Shown piece after piece: positions 1 to 8,435 of a DNA stretch of 64,000 nt. Below the pieces are notes generated by a model. The model did no database searches and had not been told where the DNA came from. It was given only the letters and a program-made list of their open reading frames with translations. Made by a program: the position numbers and the translations under genes. The first letter of the stretch is position 1. Each line of letters begins with the position of its first letter. Source of the DNA: Armatimonadia bacterium (lineage in GTDB: Bacteria; Armatimonadota; Zipacnadia; Zipacnadales; UBA11051); the NCBI GenBank assembly GCA_039683575.1, contig JBDKRC010000243.1, positions 1-64,000 on the forward strand, in the 5' to 3' direction.

Positions 1-91
1 GACGGCGAAGCAGATGATTCTGGGGGATGTAAGAGGCGCCGACAACGTCGTCGTAGAGCGAGGGCGCATGGGGCTGAGACTTGTGCTGCAA
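1..91 (-). CDS. Transposase N-terminus, DUF772-like, partial (runs off window)
   Basis: SD GAGGTG then TTG at 91 gives MQHKSQPHAPSLYDDVVGASYIPQNHLLRR. The 'IPxxHLLRR' motif is typical of IS1182/IS5 transposase N-termini. Not in the ORF track. Confidence 0.65.
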   Translation of the reverse strand, partial: MQHKSQPHAPSLYDDVVGASYIPQNHLLRR

Positions 92-159
92 GCAGATCAC
101 CTCAACCAAGGATTCCCTTGAGACAAATCGATCCCTGCTTGCTGTTTTTCAGCGGCTAC
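1..159 (-). mobile_element. End of an IS1182/IS5-like insertion sequence (continues left of the window)
   Basis: Minus strand begins GTAGCCGCTGAAAAAC (144-159), resembling GCTGAAAAA-type IS termini. It is followed by an SD and a transposase-like N-terminus. The sequence switches abruptly at 160 into the middle of a conserved prepilin motif. Confidence 0.7.
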
Positions 160-732
160 ATCATCGCCATTCTGGCGGCCATCCTGTTCCCGGTGTTCGC
201 CAAGGCACGCGAGAAGGCGCGCCAATCGTCGTGTCTGAGCAACATGAAGCAGCTTGCCCTGGGCAATCTGCAGTACGCGCAGGACTACGATGAGAGGACG
301 CTGCCATACTCGACGCTGCCCAGCGGTGTCGGGTACATGTGGTTCGAACTGGTTCAGCCATACCTCAAGAGCGTCCAAATCCTCAAGTGCCCCTCGCAGA
401 ACCCGACGGTCTTGACGCAGACCCGGAGTCTGGCGGTCAGCTATGGCCTCACGCGCTCCAGCGGCTGTCTGGGCGAGGGCGGGGAACAGGGCGTCGCGCT
501 GGGACGCATAGCCCAGCCCGCCGAGACTTACTGCATGATGGACACTCGCGCCAATGACGATGAGGCCCAGACCTTCGGCACCTTCTATGCTCCTCCCGGC
601 AACACCTGGGGCAGCTATGGCACCATGAGCCCCCGCCACAACGAAGGCGCCAACATCGGTTTCTACGACGGCCACGCCAAGTGGATGAGCCGCCAGGCCG
701 CCTGGGCCATGCCGTACTACGACTTCAACTAG
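160..732 (+). pseudogene. DUF1559-type prepilin-like protein, 5'-truncated by IS insertion
   Basis: Frame reads [22 protein letters not shown]...RHNEGANIGFYDGHAK but lacks the [15 protein letters not shown] present in both downstream paralogues. Confidence 0.8.
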
Positions 733-1035
733 CCATTCAGCCTCGGGGGTACGATCATGGCGCGCCTGGTTGGGCCGTCCATGACAACCGCTCATACGTT
801 GCTGAGCCTGTTAGCCTGTCTCGGCGCGGGAGTTCCCAAGACGCCCGCGCCGGGACCATCAGACACTCTGGCAGGCAGACTCCTCTCCGTTCCCGCTACA
901 AACGCTCGCTCCATAGCTCCCACGCATGCCTCGCCGACTGAACCGCCAATATCTCGCTAGTAGTCTCTAATAGCGATAGAGGTGTTTTGCACCTCATGAC
1001 GAACACTATGGCATACGGCCATACCTAGAGGAGGA

Positions 1036-1680
1036 ATGGATATGCGACGGGGCTTCACTTTGATTGAGCTTCTAGTGGTCATTGCGATCATCGCCATCCT
1101 TGCGGCCATACTCTTCCCAGTCTTTGCCAAAGCGCGGGAGAAGGCCCGCCAGAGCAGTTGTCTGAGCAACATCAAGCAGATCAATCTGGCCATTCTCAGT
1201 TACGCCCAGGACTATGACGAGCGGTTCCCGGTTGCCTATTACTGGACGCCCACCCGGTATAGCTACATCCAGTTCATGGAGCCGTACGTCAAGAACAACC
1301 AAGTCTTCGACTGCCCCAGCATGTCCGTCAAGTGCAGCGTCTCCTACAACGGATGCCGTAGCTATCCCTTCAACGGCGGACTCTGGCAGGTAGCTCTGGG
1401 CCAGGTCCAGTCCCCCTCAGAGACCGTTATGCACGGTGACGCCACCTGCAATACCGCCAACAGCGGCTGGAACTTCATTCGTCCCTCTTCCGGTCACCGC
1501 CCCGACCCCACGGATGGCTCCCAGTACGCTGTGTGGACCTCCTCGACCTATAGCTACTTCGGCTTCTGCACCCGCCACAACGAGACAGGTAACGTCGGTT
1601 TCGTGGATGGACATGCCAAGGCGATGAAGTATGAGACCCTGTACAACGGTGGGGTCAACACGTGGTTCGACCTGCTCTAG
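1036..1680 (+). CDS. DUF1559 family prepilin-type N-terminal cleavage/methylation protein with H-X9-DG C-terminal motif
   Basis: [48 protein letters not shown]. Confidence 0.93.
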   Translation: MDMRRGFTLIELLVVIAIIAILAAILFPVFAKAREKARQSSCLSNIKQINLAILSYAQDYDERFPVAYYWTPTRYSYIQFMEPYVKNNQVFDCPSMSVKCSVSYNGCRSYPFNGGLWQVALGQVQSPSETVMHGDATCNTANSGWNFIRPSSGHRPDPTDGSQYAVWTSSTYSYFGFCTRHNETGNVGFVDGHAKAMKYETLYNGGVNTWFDLL

Positions 1681-1726
1681 TCCGCATCGGACGCGGAAAC
1701 ACACTGCTAAAAGGGAATGATTGTCT

Positions 1727-2353
1727 ATGCGACGTGGCTTCACTTTGATTGAGTTACTGGTTGTCATCGCCATTATCGCCATTCTCGCGGCCATACTTTT
1801 CCCGGTTTTCGCCAAGGCGCGCGAGAAGGCCCGGCAGGCCAGTTGCCTGAGCAACGTGCGGCAGATTGGCACTGCCAATCTCAGCTACGCACAGGACTAT
1901 GACGAGAAGACACTGCCTTTCTCGGATGGGACGAGCGGTAGCGGCCAGAAGTGGCTACTACTGGCCGCGCCCTACATGAAGAACACGCAGATCCTCAAGT
2001 GCCCGTCACAGAACCCGACAAACACCGCGCAGAGCAACAACGTTGCCTGCGGCTACGGCATCAATCGCAATACTGGGTGCCTTGGCGATGCGGGCGAGAA
2101 GGGCGTGTCGCTTGGCCGCGTTCAGCGACCCGCGGAATCCGCTGCTTTCATGGATACCCGTGGAGGTGCGGGAGACGGCACGAACGATGAGACGTATACC
2201 TTCTCCTGCTTCTACGGCGCTTTGAATCCCACCTGGGGAGACGTCATCTCCAACCGGCACAACGATGGCGCCAACGTTGGTTACTACGACGGCCATGCCA
2301 AGTGGATCACCAAGAATGGCATCTACACCAATGTAAGGTTCAATTTCGACTAA
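1727..2353 (+). CDS. DUF1559 family prepilin-type protein with H-X9-DG motif
   Basis: [11 protein letters not shown]...; [14 protein letters not shown]. Alternative TTG start at 1721. Confidence 0.93.
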   Translation: MRRGFTLIELLVVIAIIAILAAILFPVFAKAREKARQASCLSNVRQIGTANLSYAQDYDEKTLPFSDGTSGSGQKWLLLAAPYMKNTQILKCPSQNPTNTAQSNNVACGYGINRNTGCLGDAGEKGVSLGRVQRPAESAAFMDTRGGAGDGTNDETYTFSCFYGALNPTWGDVISNRHNDGANVGYYDGHAKWITKNGIYTNVRFNFD

Positions 2354-2375
2354 TCCTTGCCGCCGACGTATACTG

Positions 2376-2422
2376 AGGCCACGCGCGAGACCGACTGCCC
2401 TGCCGTCCGTTGCGCGTGGCCT
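2376..2422 (+). terminator. Hairpin after prepilin cluster (possible terminator or stabiliser)
   Basis: AGGCCACGCGC / GCGCGTGGCCT inverted repeat; weak U tract. Confidence 0.4.
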
Positions 2423-2499
2423 TGTCGCGACTCGGTATGAAACCTCTGGCCTGCCACCATTGTTTCTGTATTCAAGACCACTTCACAATGAGGTAGAAA

Positions 2500-5118
2500 A
2501 TGCCCCTGCTTCGCCTCCTGCCCGCCCTGCTGCTGTTTGCCGCCTCCGCCCCGCTACTTCACGCGAATGACACCGGCCTGAAGTCCCACCCGTGTGTGCT
2601 CATCAACGCCAAGACGCTGAAGGCCCTGCGCGAGAAGTGCCGTGACGCCAACCCCAACCGCTTTGGCTTCAAAACCGCAGACTCCTGGGCCGCGATCAAG
2701 GAAAGAGCCGACAAGCTTGCCGCAGCGCCAACCTATAGCTATGCCGTCAACTGCCCCGGCGAGGGCAATGTCACCCTCGACCGCTTCGAGTACACCCTTT
2801 CCGATCAGACCCCGCCCCGCCACGACAAGAGTCCGAATTACCCGCCCTGGACGGCCATGTTTCAGGAGCGCTCGGACAGTATCACCACTCGCCTGGTTCA
2901 CTTCAGCTTTGCCTATCTGGTCACGGGCGACCAGCAGTACTTCGACAAAGCCAAAGAAATCGCCCTGCACCTTACGCACTGGGATCAGTGGACTGACCCC
3001 AGCTACGGTGCCGGGGCCCTGAAGTGTTGCCTCGATACCGGCCACTGCACCTATGCCATGGGCATGTTCTATGACTGGTGCTATGACAAGCTGAGCGAGG
3101 CTGAGCGAACTCAGGTGCGCGAGGCAATCATCAACAAGGGCATCCTCGCCGCTCTGGGCGGTGTGGATCGTTACGCCCCAGATACTAACGGTTACGCCGT
3201 CATCCTCTCCGGCGCGGGCCTCGCTGCCCTGGCTGTACGCCCCGAGGACCCCCGCGCGGGCGAGTGGCTGCAGGCCTGCCTCGACAAAACGGTGGTCTCC
3301 CTCGACCGCGGCGGCAAGGACGGCGGCCCCTTCGAGGGCCCGGGGTATGGAACGTACCTGCTCGATTCGTTCGCGCTCTTCTTCGACGGTCTCGTCTCGG
3401 CCCAGGTCGAGCACAAGCTCTTTGAGCATCCCTACCTCGCGACCATGGACCGTTACTGCATCGGGCTGCTCTCCCCGGACACTAAGCAGATCCCGTGCTT
3501 TTCCGACGGTAGCCCCAGTGTCGCGGTCCCCAAGCTCATGAACATCCTCGCCCAGCGCGGCAGCACCGACGCCGCCTGGTATCTCGAGCAGATCAGCGCG
3601 ATTGAGCCTGAAAGCATATACGACTTCATTCGCTTCGACGAGAGCAAGCTCAAGCCCGCGCAGCCCACCTGGATACCCTCCTCCGTCTTCTACGACATCG
3701 GCCACGCCTCCCTGCGAGATGGCTTCAATGCCAAGGCGCCGACGCTATACCTGAAGTCGGGCCCCTACACCAACAGCATCGGCCACAACCACTTCGACCA
3801 CAACTCCTTCGTGATCAGCTACGGCGGGCAGTGGATCATCCCCGACCGGGGGTACCACAACTTCTATGTGCCAGAGAAGCGCAAGTTCAGCCTCGGCAGC
3901 CTCGGCCACTGCACCATCACGATGGACACTGACGATACCTACTTCACGAACCACAAGGTCCCATACGCCGGCAGCGAGCAGGTTAAGGTCACCGGTGGCC
4001 GGATTGTAGACTTCTTCGGTGGCAAGCGCTTTGACTTCGTGAAGGGCGAGGCAGCCGAGGCGTACAACACGAACCAACTCAAGGTATTGGACCGCTTCGA
4101 CCGCAGCATCGTGTACCTCAAGCCCCACATGTTCATCATCCGCGACCAGCTTGAGGCCCCCAAGCCTCATCGCTACAACTTCATGCTCCACACCGACGGC
4201 AACGGTGAGATAGTGCAGCAGGGCGAGGTCTTCTTCGTTAACCGCGGCAATGGCCAGGTATACACACAGATCACCTCACCCGCCAAGCTGACCCCGCACA
4301 TCCAGACGTACCCTGGCGCCGAGAACTACGGCCAGTTCCTGCGGATGGAGACCGAGCCGGTGGCCAAGACCAGCTTCCTGACCGTCCTCTATCCTCGCCC
4401 CTTCGCAAGCGAGAACTACCTGCGCAACGGTGGCTTCGAAAAGGGCATGACCGGCTGGACGCCCCGCGCTGCTGAAGACCTGCCGAACCACAAGATCGAG
4501 ACCGCGGGGATGGCCGAGGGCAAGCAGTGCGCCAGCATCGAAAACAGCGGCTACTACTACTCGGAGCGGTTTGGCCTGCCGGTCGGCACCACCCTCACCG
4601 CCCGGGCCCAGGTCAAAACCACGCCGCTTCCCCAGGGCAAAGGCGCGAACATGACCTTCCACTTCTGGAAGGCTGGCAAGGCCTTCGCCAGCAAGCACGT
4701 CGGCCCGTTCGCCGACGAGGACTGGACCGAGCACGAACTCGTGGCCCAGGTGCCCGAGGGAACCGAGCAAGTCTCGCTCGCCCTGGAGTTCGCCGCCCCG
4801 GGCAAGGCGTGGTTTGACGACGTCCGCCTGGCCACCGATCTGCCCGTCCCCGAGGCCCTCACGCCGCAGATTCGGCAGCTCGGCCCGGAGGCGCTCGACG
4901 TCACGGTTGGCGCCGACCGCTTCCTCGTCAGCTTCGGCACCCCCGGCGAAACCCGCAAGGTGGGGGAGATGGAGACCGACGCCGAGTTACTGGTGGTGAC
5001 GCTGGATAAGGCCGGAAAGCCGGTGCGGGTGTTCATGGACAAAGGCACCCGTGCCCTCTACCAGGGCCGCAAGCTGGTCGTCACAGACAAGCCCTCGACA
5101 GCCGAAACGGAACTGTAG
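2500..5118 (+). CDS. Secreted heparinase II/III-like polysaccharide lyase with a CBM4/9-like domain
   Basis: Signal peptide; HPxVL start; GHNHFDHNSFVISYGGQWIIPDRG heparinase II/III motif; NYLRNGGFE...WFDDVRL jelly-roll module. Confidence 0.8.
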   Translation: MPLLRLLPALLLFAASAPLLHANDTGLKSHPCVLINAKTLKALREKCRDANPNRFGFKTADSWAAIKERADKLAAAPTYSYAVNCPGEGNVTLDRFEYTLSDQTPPRHDKSPNYPPWTAMFQERSDSITTRLVHFSFAYLVTGDQQYFDKAKEIALHLTHWDQWTDPSYGAGALKCCLDTGHCTYAMGMFYDWCYDKLSEAERTQVREAIINKGILAALGGVDRYAPDTNGYAVILSGAGLAALAVRPEDPRAGEWLQACLDKTVVSLDRGGKDGGPFEGPGYGTYLLDSFALFFDGLVSAQVEHKLFEHPYLATMDRYCIGLLSPDTKQIPCFSDGSPSVAVPKLMNILAQRGSTDAAWYLEQISAIEPESIYDFIRFDESKLKPAQPTWIPSSVFYDIGHASLRDGFNAKAPTLYLKSGPYTNSIGHNHFDHNSFVISYGGQWIIPDRGYHNFYVPEKRKFSLGSLGHCTITMDTDDTYFTNHKVPYAGSEQVKVTGGRIVDFFGGKRFDFVKGEAAEAYNTNQLKVLDRFDRSIVYLKPHMFIIRDQLEAPKPHRYNFMLHTDGNGEIVQQGEVFFVNRGNGQVYTQITSPAKLTPHIQTYPGAENYGQFLRMETEPVAKTSFLTVLYPRPFASENYLRNGGFEKGMTGWTPRAAEDLPNHKIETAGMAEGKQCASIENSGYYYSERFGLPVGTTLTARAQVKTTPLPQGKGANMTFHFWKAGKAFASKHVGPFADEDWTEHELVAQVPEGTEQVSLALEFAAPGKAWFDDVRLATDLPVPEALTPQIRQLGPEALDVTVGADRFLVSFGTPGETRKVGEMETDAELLVVTLDKAGKPVRVFMDKGTRALYQGRKLVVTDKPSTAETEL

Positions 5119-5146
5119 CGGCCCCGCAGCCCCTGAAACCGAAGCC

Positions 5147-5180
5147 AAAAAGGCCCCGCCAGCATGCTGGCGGGGCCTTT
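5147..5180. terminator. Bidirectional intrinsic terminator
   Basis: Perfect palindrome AAAGGCCCCGCCAGCATGCTGGCGGGGCCTTT; the U tract is longer on the minus strand. Confidence 0.85.
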
Positions 5181-5412
5181 GCCATATCTGAATAGCGCCG
5201 AACTCGCCCCTATTTGTGTCTCAGCCGATTTCCTTTGGAGGTGATCCTCCTGTGACCCGGCTACATCCTCGGGTCCCTTTTAGAAATCAGTCGGCCAAGA
5301 CGGGGCGAGCTCGGCTCCGATGTTTGGTTTTGGGTCTAATATGTCTCAAAGCACCTCACTCTTAGAGACGTCTACGACCTAGATTGTCCTCAGTTTTCCT
5401 TGTGTTTCTTTC
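5147..5412 (-). ncRNA. Putative structured small RNA of unknown family
   Basis: TATAAT upstream, terminator downstream, nested stems (5197-5210/5302-5315; 5218-5228/5291-5301) whose mismatches are G-U pairs only on the minus strand; no convincing ORF. Confidence 0.6.
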
Positions 5413-5418
5413 ACTATC

Positions 5419-5446
5419 ATTATACCCGCAAACGCGCTCCTGCAAA
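5419..5446 (-). promoter_or_regulatory. sigma70-like promoter pointing into the putative sRNA
   Basis: Perfect TATAAT (5424-5419); weak -35 TTTGCA/TTGCAG 15-16 nt upstream. Confidence 0.55.
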
Positions 5447-5680
5447 CCAGAATCAGACGCTTTCCCGCCCTGGCTTCCACGCGTTGCGGCGACGCCCGAT
5501 GCACCGGAGGGGCGGCGCTTTTCCCGACGGCAGAGGCCTGCATTCTGCCGGTGGTAATCGGCGAAGGATCACCACTTATTACACGGTCTGGAGCCACAGA
5601 ATCAGTCATTGCCGGATTCCCCTGTGCCTTACTCACGGCCTATCCTTAGGTGTCGCAAAGCATAGTAGGAGGAGCTAACC

Positions 5681-6391
5681 ATGAGAATTCGGTATATTCT
5701 GATTACGGTGGTCGCCTTGTCGTTGCTGGCCGGCCAGGCCTTCGCGGACTACACGTGTTCGCAATGCGGGAAGGTCAAGCACACGGCGACATGCCCCACC
5801 CAGACCATGATGCTGTGCCCCACCGCCTCGTCGGTGTGTCCTTTCAGTCTGACGATCGTGGAACCAACGTCCGCAGGTGAATCCGGCGCCAGTTGCGGCT
5901 ACTCTGTCCGAGGCGCGGGCAGTTCCTTCTTCACCGCTCTGAAGCAAGATCACCACGAGATCCTGAAGCAGATGGACATGATCTCCAAACAGCCCTGCGC
6001 TTCCGCCGAGAGCTGGGCTAGCCTGAAGACGGTTCTACTGCCCCACGTGAAGGCAGAGGAAACGGCCTTCTATCCGACGCTGATGCAGATCGCCCAGACA
6101 CAGCAACAGGCTGCCATACGCGTGCAGGAGCATGCGGCAGCGGCAGCCATCATTGCGAACCTCGACGCGATGCCGGTGACCGACTGCCGGTGGATGCCGA
6201 GTTTCGCCGTTCTGCGCAGGGTGGTTTCACAGCATATCGCCGATGAGCAACACGACACCTTCCCGATGGCACGCGCAGCACTCGCGGAGATACCATTCTG
6301 CTCGATCTACACGAACTACGCGATGGAGCGCCAGTCGGTGCTGACAGGGATGTCGAGTGAGATCACAAACAACGCGAACACCAGCAAGTAA
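5681..6391 (+). CDS. Exported hemerythrin-like (HHE) domain protein with Cys-rich N-terminal segment
   Basis: Signal peptide ending AFA; LKQDH...HVKAEETAFYP...EH...HIADEQ pattern; SD AGGAGG. Confidence 0.8.
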   Translation: MRIRYILITVVALSLLAGQAFADYTCSQCGKVKHTATCPTQTMMLCPTASSVCPFSLTIVEPTSAGESGASCGYSVRGAGSSFFTALKQDHHEILKQMDMISKQPCASAESWASLKTVLLPHVKAEETAFYPTLMQIAQTQQQAAIRVQEHAAAAAIIANLDAMPVTDCRWMPSFAVLRRVVSQHIADEQHDTFPMARAALAEIPFCSIYTNYAMERQSVLTGMSSEITNNANTSK

Positions 6392-6442
6392 CGCCAGCGG
6401 CGAGTAAACCGCTGCCAGGGGGGCCGCCTCCCACTGGAAGGC

Positions 6443-6483
6443 AAAGAGCAGGTCAAGCCAACATAGGCTTGACCTGCTCTTTT
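6443..6483 (+). terminator. Intrinsic terminator
   Basis: 17-bp stem AAAGAGCAGGTCAAGCC/GGCTTGACCTGCTCTTT ending in a T run. Confidence 0.85.
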
Positions 6484-6594
6484 GTGTCGGCCAGGGGCTT
6501 CTCAGACCCTCTATGCGCCTCGGCAGGCCGGGCGACAGCAGGGATTTGAGCGCTGCGGCGGGAATTTGTTTACCAACTACCTGCGGAGAGTGAT

Positions 6595-7332
6595 ATGGCA
6601 CAACGAATCTGTCCCCGTTGCCACAGAGAGCAGCCTGACACCGCACAGGGAGACAAGTGTCTGTTCTGCGGTGCCGATCTGACCGAGCCTGCTGCAGCAA
6701 CGCCGCCGGTGGCCCCGGCCGCACCCCTGGCCTCCGGTCTACCGGTAGTGGTCAGCCCGGGCAAGCGCGAGTGCCCCAACTGCCACGAGATTCTCTACGA
6801 CACCGAGCGCCGCTGCTGGCGCTGCGGCCATGAGTTTGATCCGTCTCCGAAGCTACCCGAACCTCCGCCGGCCCCACCGGTAGAGGCCATGGTGTCTGTG
6901 ACGCCGCCTGCACCTCCCGCCCCCGAGGCGCCCGTGACTGCCCCGCCCGAGGCCGCCGCCGCACCGACTGCCCCGCCTGCCGTGCCATATGTCGCCACGG
7001 CCCTGCCGCCGTCTCAGCCCAATGAGGGCCAGACTCTCGGTACCTGGGCGCTGGTGGTGTCGCTCTTCAGTTTCTGCTGCCCCGTCCTCGCCAGCATCGC
7101 CGCCATCTACCTGGGCTCGAAGGCTCGCGCTAAGGGCGCTACCAGCACTGGAACAGCCGCCGTCGTGCTCGGCACCATCACCCTCGTGATTGGCGGCATA
7201 CTCGGCCTGCTCCTGATCATTGGTATGATCTTCGGCGATCAGACTGAACAGACCAAGTCAGACAGCAGTCTCAGCCCGTGGGCACCTGTACTGGTCTGCT
7301 GCGCCCGCGCTTTGATTAGGAGCCTCACATGA
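6595..7332 (+). CDS. Double zinc-ribbon, Pro-rich, DUF4190-like membrane protein
   Basis: CPRC..CLFC and CPNC..CWRC; Pro/Ala linker; two TM helices (ALVVSLFSFCC...AIYLG). Confidence 0.75.
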   Translation: MAQRICPRCHREQPDTAQGDKCLFCGADLTEPAAATPPVAPAAPLASGLPVVVSPGKRECPNCHEILYDTERRCWRCGHEFDPSPKLPEPPPAPPVEAMVSVTPPAPPAPEAPVTAPPEAAAAPTAPPAVPYVATALPPSQPNEGQTLGTWALVVSLFSFCCPVLASIAAIYLGSKARAKGATSTGTAAVVLGTITLVIGGILGLLLIIGMIFGDQTEQTKSDSSLSPWAPVLVCCARALIRSLT

Positions 7333-8381
7333 TCTGGCTTACAGCCATGCTTGGGTTGGTGGCCGCCACCGCCGGTCTCGCCGCTCCACCGGCGCTACCC
7401 CCGCCCGCCGTCGAGGAGCAGTCCCCCGCGCTTGAACAGCTTGCGTCCGACGCCGCCCGTCCCGCGTGGGGCCCGGTTGCGGTCCTGCGTGGCCACCGCG
7501 AGCTACTCCCCCTGCTGAAAGCCGCTGCGGCCTCTCCGGAAGCCCTCCGGCGCCAGCGTGCCATGTTTGCCCTGGGGCAACTCGGGTCCCCGGCGAATGC
7601 CGCCCTGCTGCGCAAGAGCCTTCACGACCACGACAAGCTCACGCGCCTGAATGCTGCTGTCGCCCTCTGTAGTATCGGCGACGCCATAGGCCTCCCCGGC
7701 GCTGCCGTGGCGCTACGGTACGGTCCCGACTGGCTGCGCTTCTATGCCCTGCATGCCCTGTGGAAGCTGGACACCGCCCGCTCCCGCGAGGCTCTCCGCG
7801 ACAGCCGCGACTTCCTCTCGCCCTTCCTGCAGGAGACCCTGAAAGGCGCCCTGGCAGCCCGGCCGTCCAGAGCCGTGACGGCCCTGCCTGCGCCCGTGTG
7901 CTCGGTCGCTACCGGATCATTGCATGAGGCGTGGCTGGGGATTGCAGATCTTCTCGTCGAGGAATCCGACTTCTGGTGGCACAAGGGTGATTATGAGCAG
8001 TGTATCCGCTGCCAGGAGACTGCGCTGTTCTTCGATCCCAACTACGTGGACCTGTACAGCAATGTCGCCTGGCTGCAGTGGAGCATGGGCCGCCATGGCC
8101 AGGGCATAAGCACCTACCGCCGCGGCATCGCCGCCAACCCGAAATCCTGGGAAGCGTACCACGCCCTCGGGCAGTACTACGTTTTGCGCAAGCAGCCCTC
8201 GCTGGCCCTCCCCCTCATGCAGCAGGCCGCCAGCCTCGGCAGCCCCGCCGTCCCGCGGCGCCAGTTGGGCCATGTTCTTGAGCAGCTTGGCCAGAAAGCC
8301 GCAGCCGACCGGGTCTGGCGGGACATTCTCAAGCTCGACCCCAACGACCCGATCGCTCGCCGCCACCTGGGTTGCCAGTAG
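7329..8381 (+). CDS. Secreted HEAT-repeat and TPR protein
   Basis: RQRAMFALGQLG and RLNAAVAL HEAT-like repeats; TPR-like DPNYVDLYSNVAW and NPKSWEAYHALG; ATGA overlap with the upstream gene. Confidence 0.8.
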   Translation: MIWLTAMLGLVAATAGLAAPPALPPPAVEEQSPALEQLASDAARPAWGPVAVLRGHRELLPLLKAAAASPEALRRQRAMFALGQLGSPANAALLRKSLHDHDKLTRLNAAVALCSIGDAIGLPGAAVALRYGPDWLRFYALHALWKLDTARSREALRDSRDFLSPFLQETLKGALAARPSRAVTALPAPVCSVATGSLHEAWLGIADLLVEESDFWWHKGDYEQCIRCQETALFFDPNYVDLYSNVAWLQWSMGRHGQGISTYRRGIAANPKSWEAYHALGQYYVLRKQPSLALPLMQQAASLGSPAVPRRQLGHVLEQLGQKAAADRVWRDILKLDPNDPIARRHLGCQ

Positions 8382-8405
8382 CGACCGCGCAAACTCGAGG
8401 GATAC

Positions 8406-8435
8406 CAGTAGCGCGGGCGGGTCGCCCCGCTACTG
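8406..8435. terminator. GC-rich hairpin between convergent genes
   Basis: CAGTAGCG-CGGGCG..CGCCC-CGCTACTG inverted repeat. Confidence 0.45.

Noticed and set aside
118-159. TTG-started N-terminal extension MRQIDPCLLFFSGY of the first DUF1559 ORF
   Set aside because: It derives from the IS end, has no SD and replaces the conserved prepilin signal, so it is not a genuine start.
160-2353. DUF1559 paralogues considered as a diversity-generating retroelement target/template
   Set aside because: No reverse transcriptase in the window and no near-identical repeat pair differing only at adenines.
5237-5247. GGATCACCTCC considered as a 16S rRNA gene end
   Set aside because: The flanking sequence has no other rRNA similarity; reported only as a motif within the putative sRNA.
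8375-8413. 9-bp direct repeat CCAGTAGCG at the 3' end of the TPR gene
   Set aside because: Too short to distinguish from chance or from part of the adjacent hairpin.
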